From Macrostomum lignano (Eukaryota): DNA of 64,000 nucleotides. Numbering within the stretch: the first letter of the stretch is position 1; each line of letters starts with the position of its first letter. Location of the stretch: contig NIVC01000244.1 in assembly GCA_002269645.1 (NCBI GenBank), forward strand, positions 1 through 64,000, given 5' to 3'. The position numbers were made by a program, and so were the translations under genes. Positions 36,401-47,379 of this stretch are shown in pieces. The notes under the pieces are model-generated. The model worked only from the letters and a program-made list of their open reading frames with translations, made no database searches and was not told the origin of the DNA.

Positions 36401-39400
36401 TCGGAATCAATCCGGCATCCATTATATAAGTTCCATGGGGATTTTGAGAGGAAGCCTCCGATGGAAAACCGCTGAATACAGACCCCAGCAAATGGCTATC
36501 CCATCAGGCAATCCCTGGCATCCATTTGGTCAACGGCGCTAATTCCTCTTGGAAAGCGAGGGGTAATAAAGCCTCGAAATTGCAATGTGAATTGATCTGC
36601 TTTTCGGCGGCTCTGTAGCGTCCGTAATGTGAGGCTGAGCCCATCCTCCGTACAGGTGACAATTGAAAAATTGTTGCGCCCTGTTTGTGTGCGAGAGGTT
36701 TGACTTCCACTGGCATGTAGTCTATCACAGCTGCTTAGTGTGTCAACGGGCTGAATGATTCTATCGTCATATTTGACGCTTAGAAGCATAAAATCAGCCA
36801 ACCATATTGTTTGGCACAGCTGGGTGTCTAGACGGAGACTGTGGCATGGTTCCAAATAGCTCTAACTGGCCCAGTATGCAAAGCAGCTTTCCTATTAAGA
36901 TAGACGCTAATCCGATTTTTGTCGGTACATGCTTCCAGTGGTTTGTCTAAGGCGTTTGCAGTTGCACCAGCCGTGAGCAGATCACGTCTAGAGTAGTCTA
37001 TACGGACTACTATGGTCGGTAACCATATCGTGTGGCTCAAGGCAGCTGATAAGCTGACCTGCGATGGATAATCAATCCTCGCTTCTGTTGTGGCTCAAGG
37101 CAGCTGATAAGCTGACCTGCGATGGATAATCAATCCTCGCTTCTGTTGTGGCTCAAGGCAGCTGATAAGCTGACCTGCGATGGATAATCAATCCTCGCTT
37201 CTGTTGTGGCTCAAGGCAGCTGATAAGCTGACCTGCGATGGATAATCAATCCTCGCTTCTGTTGTGGCTCAAGGCAGCTGATAAGCTGACCTGCGATGGA
37301 TAATCAATCCTCGCTTCTGTTGTGGCTCAAGGCAGCTGATAAGCTGACCTGCGATGGATAATCAATCCTCGCTTCTGTTGTGGCTCAAGGCAGCTGATAA
37401 GCTGACCTGCGATGGATAATCAATCCTCGCTTCTGTTGTGGCTCAAGGCAGCTGATAAGCTGACCTGCGATGGATAATCAATCCTCGCTTCTGTTGTGGC
37501 TCAAGGCAGCTGATAAGCTGACCTGCGATGGATAATCAATCCTCGCTTCTGTTGTGGCTCAAGGCAGCTGATAAGCTGACCTGCGATGGATAATCAATCC
37601 TCGCTTCTGTTGTGGCTCAAGGCAGTTGATAAGCTGACCTGCGATGGATAATTAATCCTCGCTTCTGTTGTGGCTCAAGGCAGCTGATAAGCTGACCTGC
37701 GATGGATAATCAATCCTCGCTTCTGTTGTGGCTCAAGGCAGCTGATAAGCTGACCTGCGATGGATAATCAATCCTCGCTTCTGTTGTGGCTCAAGGCAGC
37801 TGATAAGCTGACCTGCGATGGATAATCAATCCTCGCTTCTGTTGTGGCTCAAGGCAGCTGATAAGCTGACCTGCGATGGATAATCAATCCTCGCTTCTGT
37901 TGTGGCTCAAGGCAGCTGATAAGCTGACCTGCGATGGATAATCAATCCTCGCTTCTGTTGTGGCTCAAGGCAGCTGATAAGCTGACCTGCGATGGATAAT
38001 CAATCCTCGCTTCTGTTGTGGCTCAAGGCAGCTGATAAGCTGACCTGCGATGGATAATCAATCCTCGCTTCTGTTGTGGCTCAAGGCAGCTGATAAGCTG
38101 ACCTGCGATGGATAATCAATCCTCGCTTCTGTTGTGGCTCAAGGCAGCTGATAAGCTGACCTGCGATGGATAATTAATCCTCGCTTCTGTTGTGGCTCAA
38201 GGCAGCTGATAAGCTGACCTGCGATGGATAATCAATCCTCGCTTCTGTTGTGGCTCAAGGCAGCTGATAAGCTGACCTGCGATGGATAATCAATCCTCGC
38301 TTCTGTTGTGGCTCAAGGCAGCTGATAAGCTGACCTGCGATGGATAATCAATCCTCGCTTCTGTTGTGGCTCAAGGCAGCTGATAAGCTGACCTGCGATG
38401 GATAATCAATCCTCGCTTCTGTTGTGGCTCAAGGCAGCTGATAAGCTGACCTGCGATGGATAATCAATCCTCGCTTCTGTTGTGGCTCAAGGCAGCTGAT
38501 AAGCTGACCTGCGATGGATAATCAATCCTCGCTTCTGTTGTGGCTCAAGGCAGCTGATAAGCTGACCTGCGATGGATAATCAATCCTCGCTTCTGTTGTG
38601 GCTCAAGGCAGCTGATAAGCTGACCTGCGATGGATAATCAATCCTCGCTTCTGTTGTGGCTCAAGGCAGCTGATAAGCTGACCTGCGATGGATAATCAAT
38701 CCTCGCTTCTGTTGTGGCTCAAGGCAGCTGATAAGCTGACCTGCGATGGATAATCAATCCTCGCTTCTGTTGTGGCTCAAGGCAGCTGATAAGCTGACCT
38801 GCGAGGGGTAATAAAGCCTCGCTTTGATGAGACAACTTATCTGCTTTTCGGCGGCTCTGTAGCGTCCGTAATGTGAGGCTGAGCCCATCCTCCGTACAGG
38901 TGACAATTGAAAAATTGTTGCGCCCTGTTTGTGTGCGAGAGGTTTGACTTCCACTGGCATGTAGTCTATCACAGCTGCTTAGTGTGTCAACGGGCTGAAT
39001 GATTCTATCGTCATATTTGACGCTTAGAAGCATAAAATCAGCCAACCATATTGTTTGGCACAGCTGGGTGTCTAGACGGAGACTGTGGCATGGTTCCAAA
39101 TAGCTCTAACTGGCCCAGTATGCAAAGCAGCTTTCCTATTAAGATAGACGCTAATCCGATTTTTGTCGGTACATGCTCCATTGGTTTGTCTAAGGCGTTT
39201 GCAGTTGCACCAGCCGTGAGCAAATCACGTTGTCACGGCTGCTAACAAGAGTACCGGATCCCGGTATTCCGCCACTCTCTGGAAGGGGCCTTTGGATAGA
39301 AAGGCCCAAGCGATTGAAGCGACTGCTTTGGCGCGTGTGCCATCGCAGCAACCGCAGCCGTCACGATGCCCGTCATGCACCACAATGATGGATCAGATTC

Positions 39401-42400
39401 GGGCCCAAGGCGAAGCCGAGGACGAACTGTGTAAGTTTTTTATGCATATACTAGAAGACGTTAGCAGCCTCGTATATATATAAGTGTTGTTGATTCTTAA
39501 GTTTGAATCTGCTTCGCCACTCTCCTCATTTTTATGTACTTAATAGGCCATCAATTGAGCGGAGTTCGTGAAAAGCTGTCGGAGGCTCAAGCCGAAAATC
39601 GTCAGATGAAAGCTGAAGTTCTTCGATTGGAAGCTATCTCCGCTACGAGCTCGTCGGAATCCGACACGACCGTGGCGAGAAGCCAGGCAGTGCTCTTTCA
39701 ATCTCGGCCAGCCGCAGAGCGGCAAAAGAAGGCGGACCAGGTGAAGGCGCGACGAATCGCCAGTGCTGCCGAAAATGAGGGGCCGACTTCTGGAAACATA
39801 TATTTCCAGACGGCGAGCTACTCGAGGAGTGAAATGCGGGCGATGTCCAAGATCGAGTGCATAACACCACCACCGCATTTATTTGCAATTAATTTCTAGC
39901 TTTTTGTTAAGGCCAAATTTGCTGGATTCGATTTCATTAGAAACGCTCTTCGAGACATTGGCTGTCTACATTTATGAGCCCTGATAGGTCCTGGAAAATG
40001 AGACAAAAGTCGTTCCTTAATTTTTGCGGAGATCTTTACAATTCTTAAGCAAGTGAATAGACAAGTCAGCTGACTTGAGTTAACTAGCTAATTAGCTGTA
40101 TAGCGAGTGACCCACCTGACAGATGCAATCAGAGGTAGGCGATGGGGATCCCTGAAGAGTAGCCAATGTCGCGATAAGGTATATAAAACCGTATACGGCT
40201 TCAAAAAAAGTTAATGGTAGCATCGAAGTCCAGCTGCCCATCCGAGTGACATTCAGAAGGTCAGCATTTTTTGTTTCTGAAAGTACGTAGAAGTGCATAG
40301 AAATATACGATTTGCAGTTGTGCACAACTGAATTCAGTATTTCTGTTCGTGGACGGCTAAATCGAATTCGATTCAATTCGTAGTCGTGGAAAATGTATGG
40401 AACAATGACCCGTTCTTTATTTAATTTTCTGCTACTGTGATAAGCCTAAGATTTGGCTGCAAATCCGGTTCAATCATCCAGAATTCACCTGGATTCGTGT
40501 GCTAATCCGGTTCACTCTCCCGGAATTCGCCCGGATTTGTGTGCTGATCCGGTTCACTCGCCCGGAATTAGCCCGGATTTGTGTGCTGATCCGGTTCACT
40601 CGCCCGGAATTAGCCCGGATTTGTGTGCTGATCCGGTTCACTCGCCCGGAATTGTGTGCTGATCCGGTTCACTCGCCCAGAATTAGCCCGGATTTGTGTG
40701 CTGATCCGGTTCACTCGCCCGGAATTAGCCCGGATTTGTGTGCTGATCCGGTTCACTCGCCCGGAATTGTGTGCTGATCCGGTTCACTCGCCCAGAATTA
40801 GCCCGGATTTGTGTGCTGATCCGGTTCACTCGCCCGGAATTAGCCCGGATTTGTGTGCTGTTCCGGTTCACTCGCCCGGAATTGTGTGCTGATCCGGTTC
40901 ACTCGCCCGGAATTGTGTGCTGATCCGGTTCACTCGCCCGGAATTGTGTGCTGATCCGGTTCACTCGCCCGGATTTGTGTGCTGTTCCGGTTCACTCGCC
41001 CGGAATTGTGTGCTGATCCGGTTCACTCGCCCGGAATTGTGTGCTGATCCGGTTCACTCGCCCGGAATTGTGTGCTGATCCGGTTCACTCGCCCGGAATT
41101 GTGTGCTGATCCGGTTCACTCGCCCGGAATTGTGTGTTGATCCGGTTTTCGTCGCCCGGAATTTAGCCCGGATTTGTGTGCTGATCCGTTCCACTCGCCC
41201 GGATCGCACCCGGAACAGTCACCGGATTTTTTTAGCGATCCGGGTCTATTTTCCGGAATTTTTCTTTTTGATCCGGAAATTTCGCCCGGATTCTGTAAAC
41301 TTTCGTTACAGATCCGGAATTTCCACCCGGATCAGATTGCATTACTGGAATAGGAAAAAATTCCGGGTGAACGCAAAAAATTCCGGGCGAAATTCCGGGT
41401 GAAAAGTTCGACGGGAATGAAGCCAGAAGTATCGATGAAGACTGGGGGGACGCTCAACCTGGAATCACTTATTAGTTATTACTCGGAAAAGCATTTGCCC
41501 CGAGAGTCTCTTGAAAATTTAGCCAAGCGGCAATAGTAAAGTCAATGCATGACACTCGATGCTGCTCAGTTGCCTCAAGAGTCGAGGCGGGCGGCAGGCG
41601 GAGCAGTCCATGCTCAGTGCATGCTTCGATGCTTCAGTTGCACGATGTTTCCCGAAAAATCTTTTTTCGTATTGACAACACTCAAATTGATAGCTGATAG
41701 TTACATTGCCAATATTCGTAGAACTTTATACACTATATGCTATTGCGCGGCGCATCTGAAGGCTGCGTACGACTGTTTAATCTAAGGACTGGAGGGTGCC
41801 CACACAAACCCTGAATTACCCCAGCTAACGCTGGCACCCATTTTATAGCTGGGTGAACTGAAGCAATGCTAGACAATTTTAAGTGTCTTGCTCAAGGACA
41901 CAAACTTCAGTTCCGCGTGGATCGAGAATCGAACCCCCGACCTTAAAGTCGTGAGTCCGAAGCTCTAACCACTAGGTTACAACCCCTTGGTATCTGATAG
42001 CTATCCTTTAACTATCCGTAGATGCCCTTAGACTATCCGTAGATACCCTCAAGACTATCTGTAGATACCCTTAGACTATCCGTAGATACCCTTAGACTAT
42101 CCGTAGATAACCTTAGACTATCTGTAGATACCCTTAGACTATCCGTAGATGCCCTTAGACTATCCGTAGATGCCCTTAGACTATCCGTAGATACCCTTAG
42201 ACTATCTGTAGATACCCTTAGACTATCCGTAGATACCCTTAGACTATCCGTAGATGCCCTTAGACTATCCGTAGATGCCCTTAGACTATCCGTAGATGCC
42301 CTTAGACTATCCGTAGATAACCTTAGACTATCCGTAGATACCCTTAGACTATCCGTAGATGCCCTTAGACTATCCGTAGATACCCTTAGACTATCCGTAG

Positions 42401-45400
42401 ATGCCCTTAGACTATCCGTAGATGCCCTTAGAGGCTTAGACTATCCGTAGATGCCCTTAGACTATCCGTAGATGCCCTTAGACTATCCGTAGATACCCTT
42501 AGACTATCCGTAGATAACCTTAGACTATCCGTAGATAACCTTAGACTATCCGTAGATAACCTTAGACTAACCGTAGATAACCTTAGACTATCCGTAGATG
42601 CCCTTAGACTATCCGTAGATAACCTTAGACTATCCGTAGATAACCTTAGACTATCCGTAGCTGCCCGACTATCTGTAGATACCCTTAGACTATCCGTAGA
42701 TACCCTTAGACTATCCGTAGATACCCTTAGACTATCCGTAGATAACCTTAGACCATCCGTAGATCCGTAGACCCTTACATTATTTGTAGACACCGTAAGA
42801 TTATTCTGAGATACTTTTAGATCATTAAAATAGATTTCTGTACGCTGCCAATAAAAAAATTGATGAGCATGAATTATGAACTCAAGAAATACATGCAATA
42901 TTAAATTGTGCCTACAACTGCAGCATTCTTATCTACTCACACTGCACTGCAACACACATACAGAACTGGCTACAGAGCACGCAGCGGTACTCAAGAGTGC
43001 AGCCCAGATTTCCAGCCAAATGCAATAAGGCTGCAGACATTATCAAGTTTACGAGCTTTTTATATGAACCAGTTTTACTCGTAGATACTGTCTATGAATA
43101 ATAAAACAATATACGCAATAATGCTGTTTCCAGCGCAGAGACGGACGGCACATAATTAAATATTGCTCTTTTATTGTCGCCAAAAAGAATCTCCCACTGG
43201 TACTTTTGTCAAGCCTGTGGGGAATTTCGCACAAGGAACCGATGGGTTGCTATGAGCAACTTGGCCCAAGGAAATCTTGAACGAGAAGCTGGATTTTCTG
43301 GAAGCTGGAAGAAACGTCGGTTCCCCCGTCCTACGAGTACTTGAGTAGTTCTTGTGTAAAACACGCATCATCTGTCCTACGAGTACTTGAGTAGTTCTTG
43401 TGTAAAACACGCATCATCTGTCCTACGAGTACTTGAGTAGTTCTTGTGTAAAACACGCATCATCTGTCCTACGAGTACTTGAGTAGTTCTTGTGTAAAAC
43501 ACGCATCATCTGTCCTACGAGTACTTGAGTAGTCATTGTGTAAAACACGCATCATCCGTCCTACGAGTACTTGAGTAGTCCTTGTGTAAAACACGCATCA
43601 TCCGTCCTACGAGTACTTGAGTAGTCCTTGTGTAAAACACGCAGCATCCGTCCGAGTACTTGAGTAGTCCTTGTGTAAAACATCATCATCCGTCCGAGTA
43701 CTTGAGTAGTCCTTGTGTAAAACACGCATCATCCGTCCTACGAGTACTTGAGTATTTCTTGTGTAAAACACGCATTTATCAAAGTTCTATTATGGTTCGA
43801 AATCTGATTATATTTACCGAGACAGTGAGAATCTATTTAGCTTTAGAATGAGACTAAGATTCGGCCTTCTACCATTGCGTGCAAACAGTAAAACCTGAAG
43901 TCTACCGGGTAAGGGGGTAACTGTCTGAGAAATCAAGGCTTTATATGGGAAGACTTTCGCACTCCCAGAATCTGGTTTAAGGCCTCCTTAGATTCAGCAG
44001 CCCCTGTCCCGCCATCTTCCGGCGGTCAAGTCAGTGTAATAAGAGTACAAGCAAGCAGCCCGGCAGTGGCCAGTACAGGACAATGCCAAGTGTCTGACAA
44101 TTGAGCCCATTTACTGTACTATATGTCTGCCTCCTCATTCTTTTCATCATGGTTACAAAAAAATTTTGACTGATTTTTTTGCGTGCGCACACAAAAAAAT
44201 CAAACCGTTGAGCATGGTTGAGCATGATTTCTATTGACTGGATTCGACAGCTATATATTAACATACTTTTCTTCTGGCTAGCTTGCTGCAAAGCTCACCT
44301 GATTGACATCTATTTTTTTCTGTCAGCGTCTGCATTCTTTTTAAAATGCCGTCATTCAATTTGTATGGTCAGTTCAAATACTGTTGACTAGCACAGAATA
44401 TTCAGCATTTGTAATGATAGAATTACAATAGAAATAGTACGTGTAAAAGAGCTGCACCCCAAGCCTTCGGGCTTGGCCCTCATGAGCGAGAGCCGCTCCC
44501 CGAGCAAATATATGCAGAACATATTTAATAAATGAATTAACAACTAACCTCATCGCCGCCCTGACCAAGATGGTTAATGACTGGTGCAGGCGGCGGCTGC
44601 GGTGGCGGCGGCGGCGGCTGGCCACCCACCCGAGACACCAGCATCTTGACGGTGGCGCCAACAGGTATAGCGCGCAACAGACTAACAGCGTCCGCTTGAG
44701 TCTGGCCAGTCAGTTTAAATCCGTCCACCTCTAGCAGCTGATCGCCAGCCTTCAGCCTGCCGTCCTTAACAGCCGAACCTTTGCCTAGAACATTCTTCAC
44801 ATAGATCCCATTGCTATTATCCTGCGACTCTTTAGCTGTAACAGAGAAGCCCAATCCGTCGGCTGATTTGCGTATATCGATAGTGAAAGTGTGCACAATA
44901 GAGCCAGCATCCGCAGTGCCGTCGGTCGGGCCGGATGCGGGGGCGGATGCGGGGGCGGGATCGACAGCAGGGCGCCGATTATTATTTAACAACGGTTTCC
45001 GCAGTCTAGGCATAACTGGAGGCGGCGATGGCGATCGAGGCGGAGTCGATGGCTTCAACTGCACTGCCGGAGGCGGCGGCGGCGGCGGCGGGGACGAAGA
45101 AGACGGAGGTGCCGCAGCGGTGGCAGCAGCCTTAACGACAGTTTTAGTATTACTAATAGGCACATACGGTGGAGGCGGAGGCGGCGGCGGGGGCGGCGGT
45201 GGCGGTGCAACTAGCACAGGTGAGTCGGATCTTTCAGAGTTTTCTGGCTGCTGCATCATAATCGACTGAGTGTGAGCTCGAGCAATTTCGTCTAGATTGC
45301 GGCATAGTTGCTCCTGCGGTTGCTGCTGCTGTTTGAGAATGCGCAGATCTAAGCGCAACTCTTGCACCGCTTCGCGCAACAATTCCTGAGCTCTGTTGGG

Positions 45401-47379
45401 GCGGTTTGAGTTTCACGCATGTACCTGCCTAGTTTTTTCTTTAAATTTTACCTATATAAATAAAAAAAAACGGCCACAATTTACAGTCACACCAGTGACC
45501 ATAGACAATACGGTCACAATGCAAGGTCACACCGATGACCCTAGACAATACGGTCACAATGCAAGGTCACACCGATGACCCTAGACAATACGGTCACAAT
45601 GCAAGGTCACACCGGTGACCATAGACAATACGGTCACAATGCAAGGTCACACCGGTGACCATAGACAATACGGTCACAATGCAAGGTCACCCCGGTGACC
45701 ATAGACAATACGGTCACAATGCAAGGTCACACCGGTGACCCTAGACAATACGGTCACAATACAAGGTCACCCCGGTGACCATAGACAATACGGTCACAAT
45801 GCAAGGTCACACCGGTGACCCTAGACAATACGGTCACAATGCAAGGTCACACCGGTGACCATAGACAATACGGTCACAATGCAAGGTCACCCCGGTGACC
45901 ATAGACAATACGGTCACAATGCAAGGTCACACCGGTGACCCTAGACAATACGGTCACAATGCAAGGTCACACCGGTGACCATAGACAATACGGTCACAAT
46001 GCAAGGTCACACCGGTGACCCTAGACAATACGGTCACAATGCAAGGTCACCCCGGTGACCATAGACAATACGGTCACAATGCAAGGTCACACCGGTGACC
46101 ATAGACAATACGGTCACAATGCAAGGTCACACCGATGACCCTAGACAATACGGTCACAATGCAAGGTCACACCGATGACCCTAGACAATACGGTCACAAT
46201 GCAAGGTCACACCGGTGACCCTAGACCCTAGACTCGCGGTCACAGGCCTAGGTACAGTTAAGTACTACTCTAACTAGCCCAACCCAACCCAGCCAGCAGA
46301 CTCACTGTTGGAATGACACGCCCAACAAAGAGTTGCCATTGATTTCCACAATTCGATCGCCCGGTCTCAATCGGCCGTCCTTGGCAGCCGAACCGCCGGC
46401 ACCCAGGGCCTGAATTTCTAGGCCTGCAGTTCGTTGACTGCGATCTAAAAACGGTTTTGTTGTCATGCCGACCGCATTCCTAGCAGCGCCGGCCGATGCC
46501 CGGTCAATAGAGATGCGAATCAGATAACTGGCCGACTCAAACTCTTGAGCATCGTCCGATTCGAGTTCAGCCTCGCCAGGGGGAGAATCGTATCGCTCAG
46601 CCTCGCCGTCCGACTCGGGCAGTGTAGGCAGAAAATCCGCAGGCGGAGGCGGCAGAAGAGACGGATGATGCAGCTGATGCTGCTGCTGAAACTCCGTCAG
46701 AAGCAGATCGTCTGTGCCATCAGCTGTAGACGCCTCGGACGATGCTGGCCGCGTCTGGGCGATGAGCTGCACAGGAAATATTGATTTAAGTCATTCAGGG
46801 AGACTGCACTTTATCAATGGGAGATTGCACTTTTTCTATGGGAGATTGCACTTTCTCTATGAGAGATTGCAATTTCTCTATGGGAGATTGCACTTTCTCT
46901 ATGAGAGATTGCACTTTCTCTATGAGAGATTGCACTTTCTCTATGGGAGATTGCACTTTCTCTATGAGAGATTGCACTTTCTCTATGAGAGATTGCACTT
47001 TCTCTATGGGAGATTGCACTTTCTCTATGAGAGATTGCACTACGCTGTTGACCCAACTCACCATTTCTCGATCGTCCAGAACATCGGCAACCCGGTCGTC
47101 CCAGTCAAGAATTCCGCCATCCCTGGCCAGAGTCACGCAGGTGACGGTAAACGGCGGCTCAGCCAAGGTGGCGGCGGTGCCATCGCCAGCATCAGTCGGT
47201 GGTGCGGTGGCTACCCCGGCAGCTGGAGAAGAGGTCGAGTTTGATGATGAAGACGCCGCCGCCGCGGCAGCTGATCTGAATCGACTGGTTGCCTTGGCAA
47301 CCAGATCGCGTATGGTGATCTCGCCGGCGCCGCATGGCACCACCAGCTTTGTGGAACCGAAGCTCACCGTCACTTTCAT
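21453..47379 (-). CDS. par-3: Partitioning defective 3 (Par-3/Bazooka) polarity scaffold, 9 exons
   Basis: Exons on the - strand: 47379-47062, 46766-46306, 45392-44549, 28932(or 28929)-28660, 28291-27803, ~25426-25104, 24108-23948, 23383-22915, 21972-21453. Junctions are GT-AG with matching phases; the acceptor of exon 6 is uncertain. N-terminus MKVTVSFGSTKLVVPCG...DGGILDWDDRVADVLDDRE matches Par-3 CR1. PDZ1 GLEIQALGAGGSAAKDGRLRPGDRIVEING, PDZ2 GLGFSVTAKE...IYVKNVLGKGSAVKDGRLKAGD, PDZ3 GSLGVSVK...VFVKSVISGGAAYK|DGRLRENDQLLSVNG. Later motifs RRSCSLDEL (cf. KKSSSLESL) and KRGFLRGLFK. Confidence 0.93.
22090..22815. repeat. ~14-bp gaagacacat(tctt/ccct) minisatellite in the last par-3 intron
   Basis: Direct inspection. 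Confidence 0.93.
23681..23935 (-). repeat. Four tandem ~70-bp units with a tRNA/SINE B-box-like motif
   Basis: ggactcgaacctaggaccaccgac at ~23685, 23760, 23837 and 23905 (- strand: ggtcctaggttcgagtc). Confidence 0.7.
24150..25020. repeat. 21-bp minisatellite with a 59-bp higher-order block
   Basis: Monomer gggatacctaaataccggttg; period 59 from ~24160 to ~24590, then monomers. Confidence 0.93.
26226..27035. repeat. ~44-bp minisatellite
   Basis: ccatggtcacacacttggataaagctaccgttgctatgctgtat with small indel variants. Confidence 0.93.
28326..28615. repeat. 48-bp minisatellite filling par-3 intron 4
   Basis: gaggtcatgaccccgctgaccccagtgtctgtcagatactgccagtct. Confidence 0.9.
28958..29300. repeat. 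(GACT/GCCT)n microsatellite next to the exon 4 acceptor
   Basis: Direct inspection. Confidence 0.95.
29690..30155. repeat. 24/21-bp minisatellite (cgcatctgtcactcactacttcac)
   Basis: Direct inspection. Confidence 0.9.
31965..32545. repeat. 16-bp then 20-bp minisatellite (ggtttcctaagagagtgggt)
   Basis: Direct inspection. Confidence 0.92.
33105..33795. repeat. 25-bp minisatellite (tatccagtctatgcagctggcgcct)
   Basis: About 27 copies. Confidence 0.94.
35231..35388 (+). mobile_element. SINE family B, 5' portion
   Basis: gggcgtagcccagttgtctagcgcg...ccaggctcgattccaa...ggcttggctctgctcgtgcaattaacggccttgag matches the reverse complement of 56500-56656. Confidence 0.75.
35910..36407. repeat. 120-bp subterminal tandem repeat (about 4 copies) of the TIR element
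   Basis: The lines at 36001, 36121, 36241 and 36361 start identically (ttccgggcgaagctgatccggg). Confidence 0.9.
36556..39230 (+). repeat. Pair of ~430-bp direct repeats (36556-36990 and 38802-39230) bracketing the 58-bp array
   Basis: Both begin cgaggg(g)taataaagcctcg and share atctgcttttcggcggctctgtagcgtccg...ccagccgtgagca(g/a)atcacgt. Confidence 0.9.
37031..38825. repeat. 58-bp tandem array, about 30 near-identical copies
   Basis: Unit TGTGGCTCAAGGCAGCTGATAAGCTGACCTGCGATGGATAATCAATCCTCGCTTCTGT, period 58; only a few point variants (e.g. ~37626, ~37652, ~38174). Confidence 0.97.
39250..39899 (+). CDS. Spliced coiled-coil ORF fragment carried inside the TIR element (accessory gene remnant)
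   Basis: Phase-1 donor GTAAGT at 39431 and acceptor taatag/ at 39546 join ...QGEAEDELC to HQLSGVREKLSEAQAENRQMKAEVLRLEA. The start is not defined. Confidence 0.45.
40490..41200. repeat. 31/41-bp subterminal tandem repeat of the TIR element (right arm)
   Basis: Unit cccggaattgtgtgctgatccggttcactcg, with a 10-bp longer variant. Confidence 0.9.
41785..41988 (-). mobile_element. SINE family A, second copy
   Basis: Reverse complement of the 55240-55440 segment (agtgtcttgctcaaggacacaaac...gttccgcgtggatcgagaatcgaacc...tctaaccactagg). Confidence 0.8.
42005..42770. repeat. 21-bp minisatellite (ccttagactatccgtagatac)
   Basis: About 35 copies. Confidence 0.94.
43328..43775. repeat. 46-bp minisatellite (tcctacgagtacttgagtagttcttgtgtaaaacacgcatcatctg)
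   Basis: About 10 copies. Confidence 0.92.
45485..46225. repeat. 40-bp minisatellite filling par-3 intron 2
   Basis: accggtgaccatagacaatacggtcacaatgcaaggtcac, about 18 copies. Confidence 0.95.
46800..47040. repeat. 21-bp minisatellite filling par-3 intron 1
   Basis: ctatgagagattgcactttct, about 11 copies in a 295-nt intron. Confidence 0.94.

Larger units (their letters stand above)
35634..41415. mobile_element. Non-autonomous TIR DNA transposon, CACTA/EnSpm(CMC)-like, 5.8 kb, inside par-3 intron 3
   Basis: Left end CCCGTCGAACGTTTCACCCGGAATT. The right end reverse-complements to CCCGTCGAACTTTTCACCCGGAATT. Both ends are flanked by AA (2-bp TSD candidate). There are ~0.8-0.9 kb of CCGGA/TCCGG-rich subterminal repeats on each side. 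No intact transposase is seen. Confidence 0.75.

Noticed and set aside
36291-39245. Short ORFs in the duplicated 430-bp segments as transposase
   Set aside because: No Tnp2/DDE motif is recognised, and all frames are interrupted within ~130 codons.
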